A DNA stretch of 64,000 nucleotides from Bdellovibrionales bacterium (GCA_965219095.1 CBDCMT010000001.1:1216001-1280000), one strand, 5' to 3'. Shown: positions 1-10,256, numbered from the stretch's first letter. Numbers and translations: made by a program. The notes: generated from the letters alone by a model not told the origin.

Positions 1-852
1 TAGATGCAAACCTCGCTCTGTTCCATAAAAATCAGTAAGACTTTTTTTTCTATGAGTGTTCAAATTATCCATAACTAGAACAATCTTCTTGGAATCAGAA
101 TAATGTCTCTCAACAGAAGATAAAAACTTAGCAAAATCCGGACCTATCCTTCTCTCTGTTACCTTATTCATATAAAAACCTCTCTTAGGCTCCACAGCAC
201 AGAAAACATTTGCTGTACCCTCTCTTTTATACTCATAATCTACTTTTTTTACTTCCGAGGGACGACAACCCGATGGAGGACGAACATCATCAAGTAACTG
301 AAGAGGCTTTTCATCAATACACACAACAGGCTTTCCTTTAATCGGAGGCTTCTCATACACTTTCAAAACATCCTCCATCCTCTCTATAAATTCATCATTA
401 AGCTCTGGTACACACCAACTCTTCTGTTGCCAAGGTTTTAGATCATGTTCTAAAAGAATAATCCTAACTTTTTCTTTGCTAATAGAGTCTACAATCTTGT
501 TTTTTTCTGCCCTCTCTTTAATGAGCTCTAAAGTCCATCGATCAAAGCCCTCCGGAGGATCTGAGCAGACCATAGCTATAATCTTTGACTTTATGCGATC
601 ATCAAACTTTGGAGGCTTTCCAGGACGAGGATCATCTTCAAGAGCTTTTTTCAACCCAAAATCCTCATAGTTTTTTTGGATTTTGAAAACAGTTCTAGGA
701 GTTATCTCTAAGTAATCTGCTGTCTCTACGGCAGTTAATCTTTTGTTCCTTAAGTTTAGAACATTGGCTCGATATATGGCTCTTGGATTTTTAGACTTCT
801 TTATAATTTTAAGAATTTCTCTCTTATCTTTTGGCTTTAATAAATTTAACAT
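1..852 (-). CDS. IS630-family transposase (type A), runs off left window edge
   Basis: Manual translation from ATG 852: MLNLLKPKDK...ALEDDPRPGKPPKF...PPEGFDRWTL...LKPWQQKSWC...PVVCIDEKP; same motifs as the IS630 ORFs at 1040 and 22050. Confidence 0.9.
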   Translation of the reverse strand, partial: MLNLLKPKDKREILKIIKKSKNPRAIYRANVLNLRNKRLTAVETADYLEITPRTVFKIQKNYEDFGLKKALEDDPRPGKPPKFDDRIKSKIIAMVCSDPPEGFDRWTLELIKERAEKNKIVDSISKEKVRIILLEHDLKPWQQKSWCVPELNDEFIERMEDVLKVYEKPPIKGKPVVCIDEKPLQLLDDVRPPSGCRPSEVKKVDYEYKREGTANVFCAVEPKRGFYMNKVTERRIGPDFAKFLSSVERHYSDSKKIVLVMDNLNTHRKKSLTDFYGTERGLHL

Positions 853-1039
853 ATGAGTATTAAAACATAATAAAAAAAAATTAAATAAAATGACCTGGAT
901 TAAAGGCTTGAAAATTGTGAAAAAAATTACTGGTCAGAACACTAGTACAGCATAACATTAAATTTCAATATATTTGACTTGTATTTTTGTTGTTCCTATA
1001 ATATTTGTTGTAGTTTAATAAAAAGTCCAAGGAGGGGAT

Positions 1040-1537
1040 ATGAGATCAAAGATGAAATTAAAAACAAAGGCAAGAGCAAATCCAAAAGCAAAAAGAAAGC
1101 CAAAAGTAAGGATAAAGTTAAAGAGTTCAGAGAAGACAAAATTAGAGAAGATGTTGAAGAAGGGAGTGAATCAGTCTCGAGTTTTAACACGAGCCAGGGT
1201 TTTACTTTTAAGCCATCAAGGGAAGGGTTCCACAGAGGTTTGTGAGATTCTTGGAGTGAGAACTTTAGGGACTATTCAAAATATCAAAGAAGGGTACTTG
1301 AAGGGAGGATTAGGGAGAGCACTTTATGATGCTCCTCGTCCTGGAAAGCCTCCTAAGTTTACAGGGAAGCAAAGGACGAAGATTACGAGTTTAGCTTGTA
1401 CGAAAGCTCCTGAAGGTTATGGTCGATGGAGTTTACAGATGCTATCTGATAAGTTGGTTGAGTTAAATGTTGTAGACTCTATTTCTCACACCCATGTGGG
1501 TCGTATATTAAAAAAAACGAAGTCAAACCTCATTTAA
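1040..1537 (+). CDS. IS630 transposase N-terminal HTH ORF
   Basis: ALYDAPRPGKPPKF, PEGYGRWSL; A8 run near 1510 joins the downstream DDE frame (-1 frameshift, known in IS630). Confidence 0.88.
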   Translation: MRSKMKLKTKARANPKAKRKPKVRIKLKSSEKTKLEKMLKKGVNQSRVLTRARVLLLSHQGKGSTEVCEILGVRTLGTIQNIKEGYLKGGLGRALYDAPRPGKPPKFTGKQRTKITSLACTKAPEGYGRWSLQMLSDKLVELNVVDSISHTHVGRILKKTKSNLI

Positions 1538-1584
1538 AAAGACAGTGGTGTTTAAGCAAGATCGATTCTCATTTTATTTGCCAA

Positions 1585-2208
1585 ATGGAGTCTGTTTTAG
1601 AAGTTTATGAAAGAAAGCTAGATTCTAATCGTCCTGTTCTTTGTTTTGATGAGCGTCCTTGTCAATTGATAGAAGATGTTTTGATGCCAGTTCCTGTAAG
1701 CCCTGGAAAAGAAAAAAGAGAGGATTATCATTACAAAAGAAATGGAACCTGTGTTGTGTTCTTAGCCATAGAGCCATTGAGTGGAAGAAGAATTGTAGAG
1801 GTAAGAAAGAGAAAAACAAAGAAAGATTATGCTCTTTTCATGAGAAAAACGTCCTTATATTATAAGGACGTAGACAAGATCACATTGATACAAGATAATT
1901 TAAACACTCACAATGGCTCTTCTTTTTATGAGAACATGCCAGCTCAAAAGGCCTTGGAGTTAAAAAATAGACTTGAGATGATTTATACTCCTAAAAAGGC
2001 CAGTTGGTTAAATATGGCAGAAATCGAGTTTTCGGCTCTTTCGAAGCAATGTTTAAACCGACGTATAGGAAGTTTTGAACAACTAAAAAAAGAAGTAGAA
2101 ACTTGGACCCGTAAGAGAAACAAAGACAGAATCAAAATCAATTGGCAGTTTACAAATAATAAGGCTAGAAATAAGTTTAAGAGGCATTATGAAAATATTA
2201 AAATTTAA
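1585..2208 (+). CDS. IS630 transposase DDE ORF
   Basis: CFDERP, IQDNLNTH, YTPKKASWLNMAEIEFS. Confidence 0.92.
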   Translation: MESVLEVYERKLDSNRPVLCFDERPCQLIEDVLMPVPVSPGKEKREDYHYKRNGTCVVFLAIEPLSGRRIVEVRKRKTKKDYALFMRKTSLYYKDVDKITLIQDNLNTHNGSSFYENMPAQKALELKNRLEMIYTPKKASWLNMAEIEFSALSKQCLNRRIGSFEQLKKEVETWTRKRNKDRIKINWQFTNNKARNKFKRHYENIKI

Positions 2209-2341
2209 TGTTATGCTGTACTAGTGTATATTTTTTGTCGGGAATTTAGGGAAATAGATTTAAATGGTTATTTTTATTTGCAGAGTTCTTGATCTACTTC
2301 CAACCCTCTGAGATAGATAGTTTAGAGATCTTTAAAAAATC

Positions 2342-3860
2342 GGCTCCTCCCGGGAATCTGTGGGTGAAAAGTAGTAGAAATCCCCCAAAAGAGCTCATAT
2401 TAATCAAAGTAAGAGTAAGACATTCTATCTTGTATTTTTGAGTTCTTTGAGGCCCTTACTGGCCTCTATCACCTCCGGTGATTGAACTCAAAAACATTCA
2501 TTTTATTTGCTTTTATTTGCTGTGTTACATTAAAATTTTAAAAAAGAAGCACCTACTTCCCAGATGCCTTAAAATGTTATTCAAAAAAAAAAAAAGGAGG
2601 GAAGAGATGCTTTTGAAGACTATACTAAATGATTGTTTAAGATGGAAGTCTTTTGTATACGGAGACATTTATTTTTCAAAAGATAGAAAGTCAATTAATG
2701 TTCCTATTAAGGCTCGTAAAAATGGCCAAGCTTTTTGTAGTGTTTGTAAGAAGCCCTGTTCAGTGTATGACAGCAGTAAATCATCACGGGACTTTGAATC
2801 CCTTCCTATTTTAAGTTACAGGGTGTTTTTTGTTTATTTTGTAAGAAGAGTTAATTGTTCTTGCTGTGGAGTAAAAGTTGAGTATTTACCTTGGGCAGAT
2901 GGGAAGAAAAACCTAACAATTTTTTACATGAAGTACTTAGCAGACTGGTGTCGTCACCTGTCTTGGAAAGAGGTTTCTTGTAAGTTTCATGTCAGTTGGA
3001 ATCAGGTCTATGCTTCGGTAGAATGGGTCGTAGAATATGGTTTAAAACAAAGGGTTTTAAAGGGAATACAAGCTATAGGTGTAGATGAAATACAATGGAA
3101 AAAGAACCATCAGTATCTCACCTTAGTCTATGAAATAAGCAAAGAAAGTGTTCGTTTGCTATGGATAGGAGAAAAAAGAACAGAAAAGAGTTTTAGAAAA
3201 TTCTTTGATTTACTAGGAGAGAAGTCAAAAGATATACAGTTTGTGTGTTCTGATATGTGGAAGCCCTATTTAAAAGTAATAAAGGAAAGGGCAAGTCAAG
3301 CTTTGAATATATTAGATCGGTTTCATATCGTAGCAAGACTCAATAAGGCTTTAGACGAAGTGAGAGCTTCAGAACACAAAAAAATGAAAGAAGATGGGTA
3401 TGAACCCCTTTTAACAAAAGCTAGATGGCCCTTGTTAAAAAATGCAGAAAATTTAAAATCTTATGAAAAAGTAAAATTAAGGCATTTAATACAGTACAAT
3501 TTAAAAAGTATCCGCTGTTATTTTTTAAAAGAAGACTTCCGACAGTTATGGACCTATGTTTCACCAACTTGGGCTGGTAAATTTATAGACAGTTGGACGA
3601 GACGAGTCATGCTTTCAAAAATTGAACCTATGAAAAGAGAAGCAAAAACCATACGAAGACATAAGCTACTTATTCTTAATTACTTCAAGGCTAAAAAAAC
3701 CTTCTCCTCAGGGATTGTAGAGGGTTTAAACAACAAAGTAAAACTCACTATGAAAAAATCTTACGGCTTTAGAACCTCTAAAGCTATAAAAATCGCCTTA
3801 TATCATAACCTTGGAAAACTGCCAGAACCTCCGGGAACCCACAGATTCTTTTGAGGAGGC
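2342..3860 (+). mobile_element. ISL3-family element, complete
   Basis: TIRs GGCTCCTCCCGGGAATCTGTGGGT / ACCCACAGATTCTTTTGAGGAGGC; 8-bp TSD AAAAAATC. Confidence 0.95.
2607..3854 (+). CDS. ISL3 transposase
   Basis: RBS AGGAGG; Zn finger CxxC...CxCC, IGVDEI, CSDMW, DRFHIV, EGLNNK. Confidence 0.93.
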   Translation: MLLKTILNDCLRWKSFVYGDIYFSKDRKSINVPIKARKNGQAFCSVCKKPCSVYDSSKSSRDFESLPILSYRVFFVYFVRRVNCSCCGVKVEYLPWADGKKNLTIFYMKYLADWCRHLSWKEVSCKFHVSWNQVYASVEWVVEYGLKQRVLKGIQAIGVDEIQWKKNHQYLTLVYEISKESVRLLWIGEKRTEKSFRKFFDLLGEKSKDIQFVCSDMWKPYLKVIKERASQALNILDRFHIVARLNKALDEVRASEHKKMKEDGYEPLLTKARWPLLKNAENLKSYEKVKLRHLIQYNLKSIRCYFLKEDFRQLWTYVSPTWAGKFIDSWTRRVMLSKIEPMKREAKTIRRHKLLILNYFKAKKTFSSGIVEGLNNKVKLTMKKSYGFRTSKAIKIALYHNLGKLPEPPGTHRFF

Positions 3861-4175
3861 AAAAAATCTAAAATCTTTTGAAAATGATCAAGACGATTTT
3901 TTCTTTTTGTAATACCATGACCCTCATCCTCATAAATGACAAGTTTTGTTTTTTTACCTGATTTTATGAGTTGATTGTAAATAGAAGTAGCTTCAGAAAG
4001 AGGAACACGAGGATCTTTAGCTCCTTGGATGATGAGAAGAGGAGCCTGAATCTTATCGATAAAATAAATAGGAGAACGTTCTTTCCAAAGTTCTATATGA
4101 GATCGATCTCCCATTTCATGTTCCAAATAATCCTTAAATTCTTTTTTAGTTGTGCTAAAAAAAGTTTCTAAATTA

Positions 4176-5874
4176 CCTAAATTCGTGACCAAAAATGTAC
4201 ACTACAAAGCTATAATTTCCCATTTTCCATAAAAATCTCAGTTTTCATAGGGGAATTTTCGATTTTTAGATAAAATCACAAAAAATAACTTGCCTTGCAT
4301 TTTCCTTTATAGTGTAATATATTACACTATAAGAGGGAGAAATATGAGCTTTATCAGAAGAATAAAAAGAGGAAAGGTAACATATCTTGCAGAAGTAGAG
4401 AACAAAAGGGTTGATGGAAAAGTTATCCAAAAGCATATTCGGTACATCGGGAAGGAAGAGAATGGTGAAACTGTAATTTCAATGAGTTCATCTGATCTTG
4501 AAATAGAAAAGGTCAAGGTTTATGGTCCTTTGCTTGTTTTAGATAAAATAGCTAGGGAAATAGATTTGCAAAAATCTCTTGGCCAATACTCCAATGAAAT
4601 ATTAAGCATGGTCTATGCTCACTGTTTAGATTACAAAAGCCTTAGAAAAATGCCAAAATGGTATGAGAGAACAGATTTAAACACTTTGCTAAATTTAGAG
4701 GATCTAACCGAAAGTCGTTTGCTTTCTGCTCTAGATTCTTTAGAGAGTGATCCAGAAAATTTACAGAAGAAAATATTTCAAGGTGTTCAGAAAAGGTACA
4801 ATCTTGAGCTAAAAGGGTTGGTGTACGATGTTACCAATACATACCTTTATGGTAGCAAATGTCAGCTTGGAAAATTAGGAAAGAGTAAGGATGGGAAACG
4901 TGGAAATCCTTTGATTCAAATTGGTTTGGTGACAACTCAAAAAGAAGGAATACCAGTGTTTCATAAAACTTTTAGTGGAAACATACACGATAGCAGGACT
5001 CTACTAAGTTTATCCGATGGATTTGCAAACTATGGACTAAGTGGAGGAATGTTTGTTTACGACAGAGGCATTTTTTCAGAGAGAAACCTCAATGAAATCA
5101 ATGATTTGGGCTGGAATACGCTTTGTGGGATTGCTCTCAGAAAAAAAGAGAAGGATTTGATTAGAAAAATGATAAGGCTAGACTCTATTGTTGATGTATC
5201 CCATCGCATCAGGTTATCAAGTGGTACCTTGTATGCTCAGAGCATTAATCACAATGTTGGAAAAATCAAAGGACGTTTAGTTGTTTGTTACAATCAAAGG
5301 AGAGCTTTAGATATAAGAGAATCTCGTTTGGACGAAATTGCAAACGCACAAATTCTTTTGTCTAAAAATAAAAATATAAAACCAGGTTTGGAAAAATACC
5401 TTACTCCAACAGGAAGATTAAGAAGAGATCGGTTGAATTTAGAATCTGAGTTTGATGGTTACTCTTGTATATTTTCTACAAAAAAGATCTCTACAAAAGA
5501 TATTGTTAATTTGTACTATAAGAAAGAGATAATTGAAAAATCTTTTAGGACCTTAAAGGGAATAACAAATTTGAGACCAATTCGTCATTGGCTTTACAAC
5601 AGAGTTCAATCACATGTCTTTATATGCTATTTATCTTGTCTGATACTTTCAATTCTAAAAATGAAGCTTGAAAAGATGCAGATGTCTCCAGAGGAAGCTC
5701 TTGAAGAACTCGGTAGCATGTATAATGTCTATCTTTATGACCGAAAAAATAAAACTAGACTTATCAAAACAGTAGCTTTGAATAAAGTTCAAGAAAAAAT
5801 ACTAAGATCTATTGGAAAAAGTCTTGTCAAAAAAACGTCCGTCTGTAGTGTACATTTTTGAGCACGAACTCAGG
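4176..5874 (+). mobile_element. IS1634-family element (type A), 1699 bp
   Basis: TIRs CCTAAATTCGTGACCAAAAATGTACACTAC / GTAGTGTACATTTTTGAGCACGAACTCAGG; 7-bp TSD TAAATTA. Confidence 0.9.
4344..5861 (+). CDS. IS1634 transposase
   Basis: YDVTNTY, GKSKDG, VYDRG, IEKSFRTLK, RPIRHW..RVQSHVFICYL. Confidence 0.9.
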   Translation: MSFIRRIKRGKVTYLAEVENKRVDGKVIQKHIRYIGKEENGETVISMSSSDLEIEKVKVYGPLLVLDKIAREIDLQKSLGQYSNEILSMVYAHCLDYKSLRKMPKWYERTDLNTLLNLEDLTESRLLSALDSLESDPENLQKKIFQGVQKRYNLELKGLVYDVTNTYLYGSKCQLGKLGKSKDGKRGNPLIQIGLVTTQKEGIPVFHKTFSGNIHDSRTLLSLSDGFANYGLSGGMFVYDRGIFSERNLNEINDLGWNTLCGIALRKKEKDLIRKMIRLDSIVDVSHRIRLSSGTLYAQSINHNVGKIKGRLVVCYNQRRALDIRESRLDEIANAQILLSKNKNIKPGLEKYLTPTGRLRRDRLNLESEFDGYSCIFSTKKISTKDIVNLYYKKEIIEKSFRTLKGITNLRPIRHWLYNRVQSHVFICYLSCLILSILKMKLEKMQMSPEEALEELGSMYNVYLYDRKNKTRLIKTVALNKVQEKILRSIGKSLVKKTSVCSVHF

Positions 5875-6133
5875 TAAATTAGAGGGACCAGCCACATCAA
5901 TACCAGCAGCCCAAACATTAGGCTGCTTTGTTAAAGCCATAAGCGTCATATAGCCACCGTAACTTCCTCCGTAAGCAATAACTTTTTTAGGGTCCACATA
6001 ACCTGTCTTTAAAAGAAACTTAACACCATATTTCAGGTCTTCTAAATCTCCGCCTCCCCAATCCATATTGTTTAAATCTTCATATTCTTTGCCATAGGAT
6101 GAAGAGCCTCTAATATTAGGAGCTAAAATAATA

Positions 6134-6181
6134 GCCTCCTCAAAAGAATCTGTGGGTTCCCGGAGGTTCTTTTGAGGAGCC
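6134..6181. repeat. 48-bp fold-back ISL3 end scar
   Basis: GCCTCCTCAAAAGAATCTGTGGGTTCCCGGAGGTTCTTTTGAGGAGCC = ISL3 right end fused to an inverted ISL3 end. Confidence 0.88.
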
Positions 6182-6998
6182 TTATCTTTTAAATCAACTA
6201 TCTCTAGGGAGTAGGGAAGTGTTGCTGAAATCCTTTTGTAGAGAATTTTTTCGTTGTCTAAAAAAACAAGACCATAAATCCAGCCATTTAGAGTTACTGT
6301 TTGAAATACCTTAGACGCTTTCCCTTCATTTATGTCAGCTATAACAATATCCCTATTTCCATGAGAAAAGCATAAGAAAGCTATTTTAGAACCATTCTTA
6401 GAAAAGCGAGGAGAGAAACATTCTCTGTTTTGATGGATCCATTGGACTTTATCAGTCTCCATGTTTAAAAAACTTATTTCAGAGAAACCTCTCTTTTCTG
6501 GAATCTTAGTTAAAGGGAGGTATTTTTTATTCTTAGATAATCTGCCAGGATAAGCTAGAAAGTTATAACCTTTATAAGATTTTTCCTTAAGAGAATAAAT
6601 TCTTAAATTTCCTTTTGAAAAGTCATTAGTTGCGGAAAGAGCAATTTTATTTTCACTCACCCAAACAGGTCTTCTCTTTGAAACCTCATCAAAAGTAATT
6701 CGAGTTAAACTTTTATCTTTTAAAGATAAAGTATAGAGTTGTGGATGTTTTGGTGAGGCTTGATTTGAAATAAGAGCTATTTTATCTCCTTGGGGAGACC
6801 ACTTAGGAACTGAAAAATAAGCTTTTGGGTTTTTTGTAAGAGCTTTAAACTCTTTTGTTTTTAAGTTTAAAAGAAAGATTTGGTACATCTCATTTCTATT
6901 TTCATCTTTAAGAAACAACGCATACTTTCCATCAGGCGAGACAGAAGAGATTAAAAAACTTTCCTTTGTTTTAACTAAAAGGCTTCTCTTGTTTTCTT

Positions 6999-8318
6999 TT
7001 ATGGAATAAATAAAAATATGATTCTTCTTGCCATTCCATTCTTGAATAAGGATTTTATCTTTATGCATCCTCGAAAGAATCTGTGGGTTCCCGGAGGTTC
7101 TGGCAGTTTTCCAAGGTTATGATATAAGGCGATTTTTATAGCTTTAGAGGTTCTAAAGCCGTAAGATTTTCTCATAGTGAGTTTTACTTTGTTGTTTAAA
7201 CCCTCTACAATCCCTGAGGAGAAGGTTTTTTTAGCCTTGAAGTAATTAAGAATAAGTAGCTTATGTCTTTGTATGGTTTTTGCTTTTCTTTTCATAGGTT
7301 CAATTTTTGAAAGCATGACTCGTCTCGTCCAACTGTCTATAAATTTACCAGCCCAAGTTGGTGGAACATAGGTCCATAACTGTCGGAAGTCTTCTTTTAA
7401 AAAATAACAGCGGATACTTTTTAAATTGTACTGTATTAAATGCCTTAATTTTACTTTTTCATAAGATTTTAAATTTTCTGCATTTTTTAACAAGGGCCAT
7501 CTAGCTTTTGTTAAAAGGGGTTCATACCCGTCTTCTTTCATTTTTTTGTGTTCTGAAGCTCTCACTTCGTCTAAAGCCTTATTGAGTCTTGCTACGATAT
7601 GAAACCGATCTAATATATTCAAAGCTTGACTTGCCCTTTCCTTTATTACTTTTAAATAGGGCTTCCACATATCAGAACACACAAACTGTATATCTTTTGA
7701 CTTCTCTCCTAGTAAATCAAAAAACTTGTTGAAACTCTCCTCTGTTCTTTTTTCTCCTATCCATAGCAAACGAACACTTTCTTTGCTTATTTCATAGACT
7801 AAGGTGAGATACTGATGGTTCTTTTTCCATTGTATTTCATCTACACCTATAGCTTGTATTCCCTTTAAAACCCTTTGTTTTAAACCATATTCTACGACCC
7901 ATTCTACCGAAGCATAGACCTGATTCCAACTGACATGAAACTTACAAGAAACCTCTTTCCAAGACAGGTGACGACACCAGTCTGCTAAATACTTCATGTA
8001 AAAGATCGTTAAACTCTTCTTACCATCGGCCCAAGGTAAATACTCAACTTTTACCCCACAGCAAGGACAATTAACTCTTCTTACAAAATAAACAAAAAAC
8101 ACCCTGTAACTTAAAATAGGAAGGGATTCAAAGTCCCGTGATGATTTACTGCTGTCATACACTGAACAGGGCTTCTTACAAACACTACAAAAAGCTTGGC
8201 CATTTTTACGAGCCTTAATAGGAACATTAATTGACTTTCTATCTTTTGAAAAATAAATGTCTCCGTATACAAAAGACTTCCATCTTAAACAATCATTTAG
8301 TATAGTCTTCAAAAGCAT
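6999..8318 (-). CDS. ISL3 transposase, stop codon lost (TGA>CGA read-through)
   Basis: ORF track; matches the 2607-3854 protein to ...HRFF. Confidence 0.88.
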   Translation of the reverse strand: MLLKTILNDCLRWKSFVYGDIYFSKDRKSINVPIKARKNGQAFCSVCKKPCSVYDSSKSSRDFESLPILSYRVFFVYFVRRVNCPCCGVKVEYLPWADGKKSLTIFYMKYLADWCRHLSWKEVSCKFHVSWNQVYASVEWVVEYGLKQRVLKGIQAIGVDEIQWKKNHQYLTLVYEISKESVRLLWIGEKRTEESFNKFFDLLGEKSKDIQFVCSDMWKPYLKVIKERASQALNILDRFHIVARLNKALDEVRASEHKKMKEDGYEPLLTKARWPLLKNAENLKSYEKVKLRHLIQYNLKSIRCYFLKEDFRQLWTYVPPTWAGKFIDSWTRRVMLSKIEPMKRKAKTIQRHKLLILNYFKAKKTFSSGIVEGLNNKVKLTMRKSYGFRTSKAIKIALYHNLGKLPEPPGTHRFFRGCIKIKSLFKNGMARRIIFLFIP

Positions 8319-8584
8319 CTCTTCCCTCCTTTTTTTTTTTTTTGAATAACATTTTAAGGCATCTGGGAAGTAGGTGCTTCTTTTTTAAAATTTTAATGTA
8401 ACACAGCAAATAAAAGCAAATAAAATGAATGTTTTTGAGTTCAATCACCGGAGGTGATAGAGGCCAGTAAGGGCCTCAAAGAACTCAAAAATACAAGATA
8501 GAATGTCTTACTCTTACTTTGATTAATATGAGCTCTTTTGGGGGATTTCTACTACTTTTCACCCACAGATTCCCGGGAGGAGCC
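7065..8584 (-). mobile_element. ISL3 copy, no TSD
   Basis: Near-identical to 2342-3860; right TIR mutated. Confidence 0.93.
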
Positions 8585-8613
8585 AAAATTTTTTCATACA
8601 ATAACTCTTACTG

Positions 8614-10248
8614 CCTAAGTTTGAGACAATTTTTACTCACTAGGATTTAAGAAAGTATGGAAGTGCGATTTCTCAAAATTCCTAAATTTATGGAATTCAG
8701 TATTTTTTCTTGCTTCTTATTTAAAGTAACAGTTTTCATCAACCTTACTTTTTTCTTTTTATCAGAAAAATAAACATTATACATTGTTTCCAACTCCTCA
8801 ATGGCTTTTTGTGGAGATATTCCAACATTTTTATGATTTAATCTCATTTTTAAAATTGATAATAAAAGATAGGATAAATAACATATGAACACATGGGCTT
8901 TAACTTTTTTGTTTAGCCAAAATCTGATAGGTTGTATATTCGAGATACCTTTCAATACTTTAAAAGCTTGTTCTATAACATCCTTGTCAAAATAAATCCT
9001 TACCATTTCCTTTTCTGAAATGGATTTCTTTGTGCAGAAAAGACAAAAAAATCCATCCAACTCTTCCTCTCTTTTTAAAAGCTCTGTCCTGATTCTGCCA
9101 GTGGCTGTTAAATATCTTTCAAAACGTTCGTTTATCTTTTTCCCTTTTTTTCTTAATTCTTGAGCCTCAAGAAGGCCCAATCTTCTTGATTCTGTTTCCT
9201 CTAATTTTTTTAATGCATTATAACAAATTACCAATTTTCCACTAATTGAAGCTAATTTATAAGTAACTCCTCCCACATAAAAACTACTCTTATTGACTCG
9301 GACTATGCTTGATATGTTGTCCAGGAATTTTTTATTTGAAAACTTTCTTATAATAGCCTTTTCTTTCTCTCGAATGGGCAAGCCACATAAGGTATTTAAG
9401 CCTATTTCCCTAGAGGACATCAGATTTTTTTTAGAAACTACACCCCGATCATAAACAAACAGTTGAGGACGAATTTGACTTTTTCGTAAATACTCTAGAA
9501 CGCATGAAAGAGTTCTTGTGTTATGAATATTTCCATCAAATGTTTTGTGAAATACAGGAACTCCTTCATTTTGTGTTGTCACCAAAGCTATTTGAATAAG
9601 ATCATTTTGTCTTTGACCATCCTTACTTCTTCCTTGTTTTCCCATTGAGCAGGCCTTTCCATGAAAATAAGTGTTTGTAGTGTCATAAACTAGACCTTTG
9701 GTATCTAATTTATATGTTCTCTTGACCTTATTAAAGATGGTTTTCTGATAAGCTTCTATTTTCTCATCGTTAATACTGTCCATTGCAGAAACCAATCGAC
9801 TTTCTGTCAAAGAATCTAAGTTTAGAAGCAAATTTAAATCAGTTCTTTCATACCATTTTGGCATATTCCGTAAGCTTTTATAATTTATACAGTGAGCGTA
9901 AGTCATGCTTAGTATTTCGTTGGAGTATTCCCCTAAAATTTCTGGAAGATTTATTTTTTTTGCAATGCTGTGAAAGGCAAGCAAGGGACCATAGATTTTT
10001 ACACCATCCATTTGAATATCTTTTGATGAAAGAGAAATGACAGCCTCTTTATTAACTTCTTTTCCAATATGACGGATGTATTTCTGAACAACTTTACCTT
10101 TAACCCATCGATTTTCTACTTCTGCAAGATAAACGACACCACCCTTTTTGTATCTTCTAATAAAGCTCATGAACACCTCCTAGTGAGTATAATACTCACT
10201 ATAAACCTAAGAAAAGTCAAGGCTTATTTTTCTTTGGATTGAAAATTC
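8614..10248 (-). mobile_element. IS1634-family element (type B), left end cut by IS66
   Basis: End CCTAAGTTTGAGACAATTTTTACTCACTAG, repeated at 29388. Confidence 0.85.
8647..10176 (-). CDS. IS1634 transposase (type B)
   Basis: YDTTNTYF, GRSKDG, VYDRG, IEQAFKVLK, AHVFICYL. Confidence 0.9.
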   Translation of the reverse strand: MFMSFIRRYKKGGVVYLAEVENRWVKGKVVQKYIRHIGKEVNKEAVISLSSKDIQMDGVKIYGPLLAFHSIAKKINLPEILGEYSNEILSMTYAHCINYKSLRNMPKWYERTDLNLLLNLDSLTESRLVSAMDSINDEKIEAYQKTIFNKVKRTYKLDTKGLVYDTTNTYFHGKACSMGKQGRSKDGQRQNDLIQIALVTTQNEGVPVFHKTFDGNIHNTRTLSCVLEYLRKSQIRPQLFVYDRGVVSKKNLMSSREIGLNTLCGLPIREKEKAIIRKFSNKKFLDNISSIVRVNKSSFYVGGVTYKLASISGKLVICYNALKKLEETESRRLGLLEAQELRKKGKKINERFERYLTATGRIRTELLKREEELDGFFCLFCTKKSISEKEMVRIYFDKDVIEQAFKVLKGISNIQPIRFWLNKKVKAHVFICYLSYLLLSILKMRLNHKNVGISPQKAIEELETMYNVYFSDKKKKVRLMKTVTLNKKQEKILNSINLGILRNRTSILS

Positions 10249-10256
10249 GTAACTGC

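Larger units (their letters stand above)
945..2221 (+). mobile_element. IS630-family element (type B), complete
   Basis: TIRs GTACAGCATAACATTAAATTT / AAATTTAATGTTATGCTGTAC, TA on both sides (CTAG context). Confidence 0.92.
2274..7064 (-). pseudogene. S9 prolyl oligopeptidase-family peptidase, interrupted by ISL3, IS1634 and an internal deletion
   Basis: Beta-propeller (WSPQG), APNIRGSSSYG, GGSYGG nucleophile, QGAKDPRVP, YEDEGHG; removing the ISs at their TSDs restores AGPSNLETFF and KILDFLKISK...ELCK*. Confidence 0.92.

Noticed and set aside
476..670. Short shadow ORFs (also 979, 996, 4322, 9783, 11501, 14091, 26807, 34778, 41483, 46312, 50793 and similar)
   Set aside because: Antisense or out-of-frame overlaps of well-supported genes.
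2583..2595. Poly-A before the ISL3 RBS as phase variation
   Set aside because: Length differences between copies cannot be told from homopolymer sequencing error.
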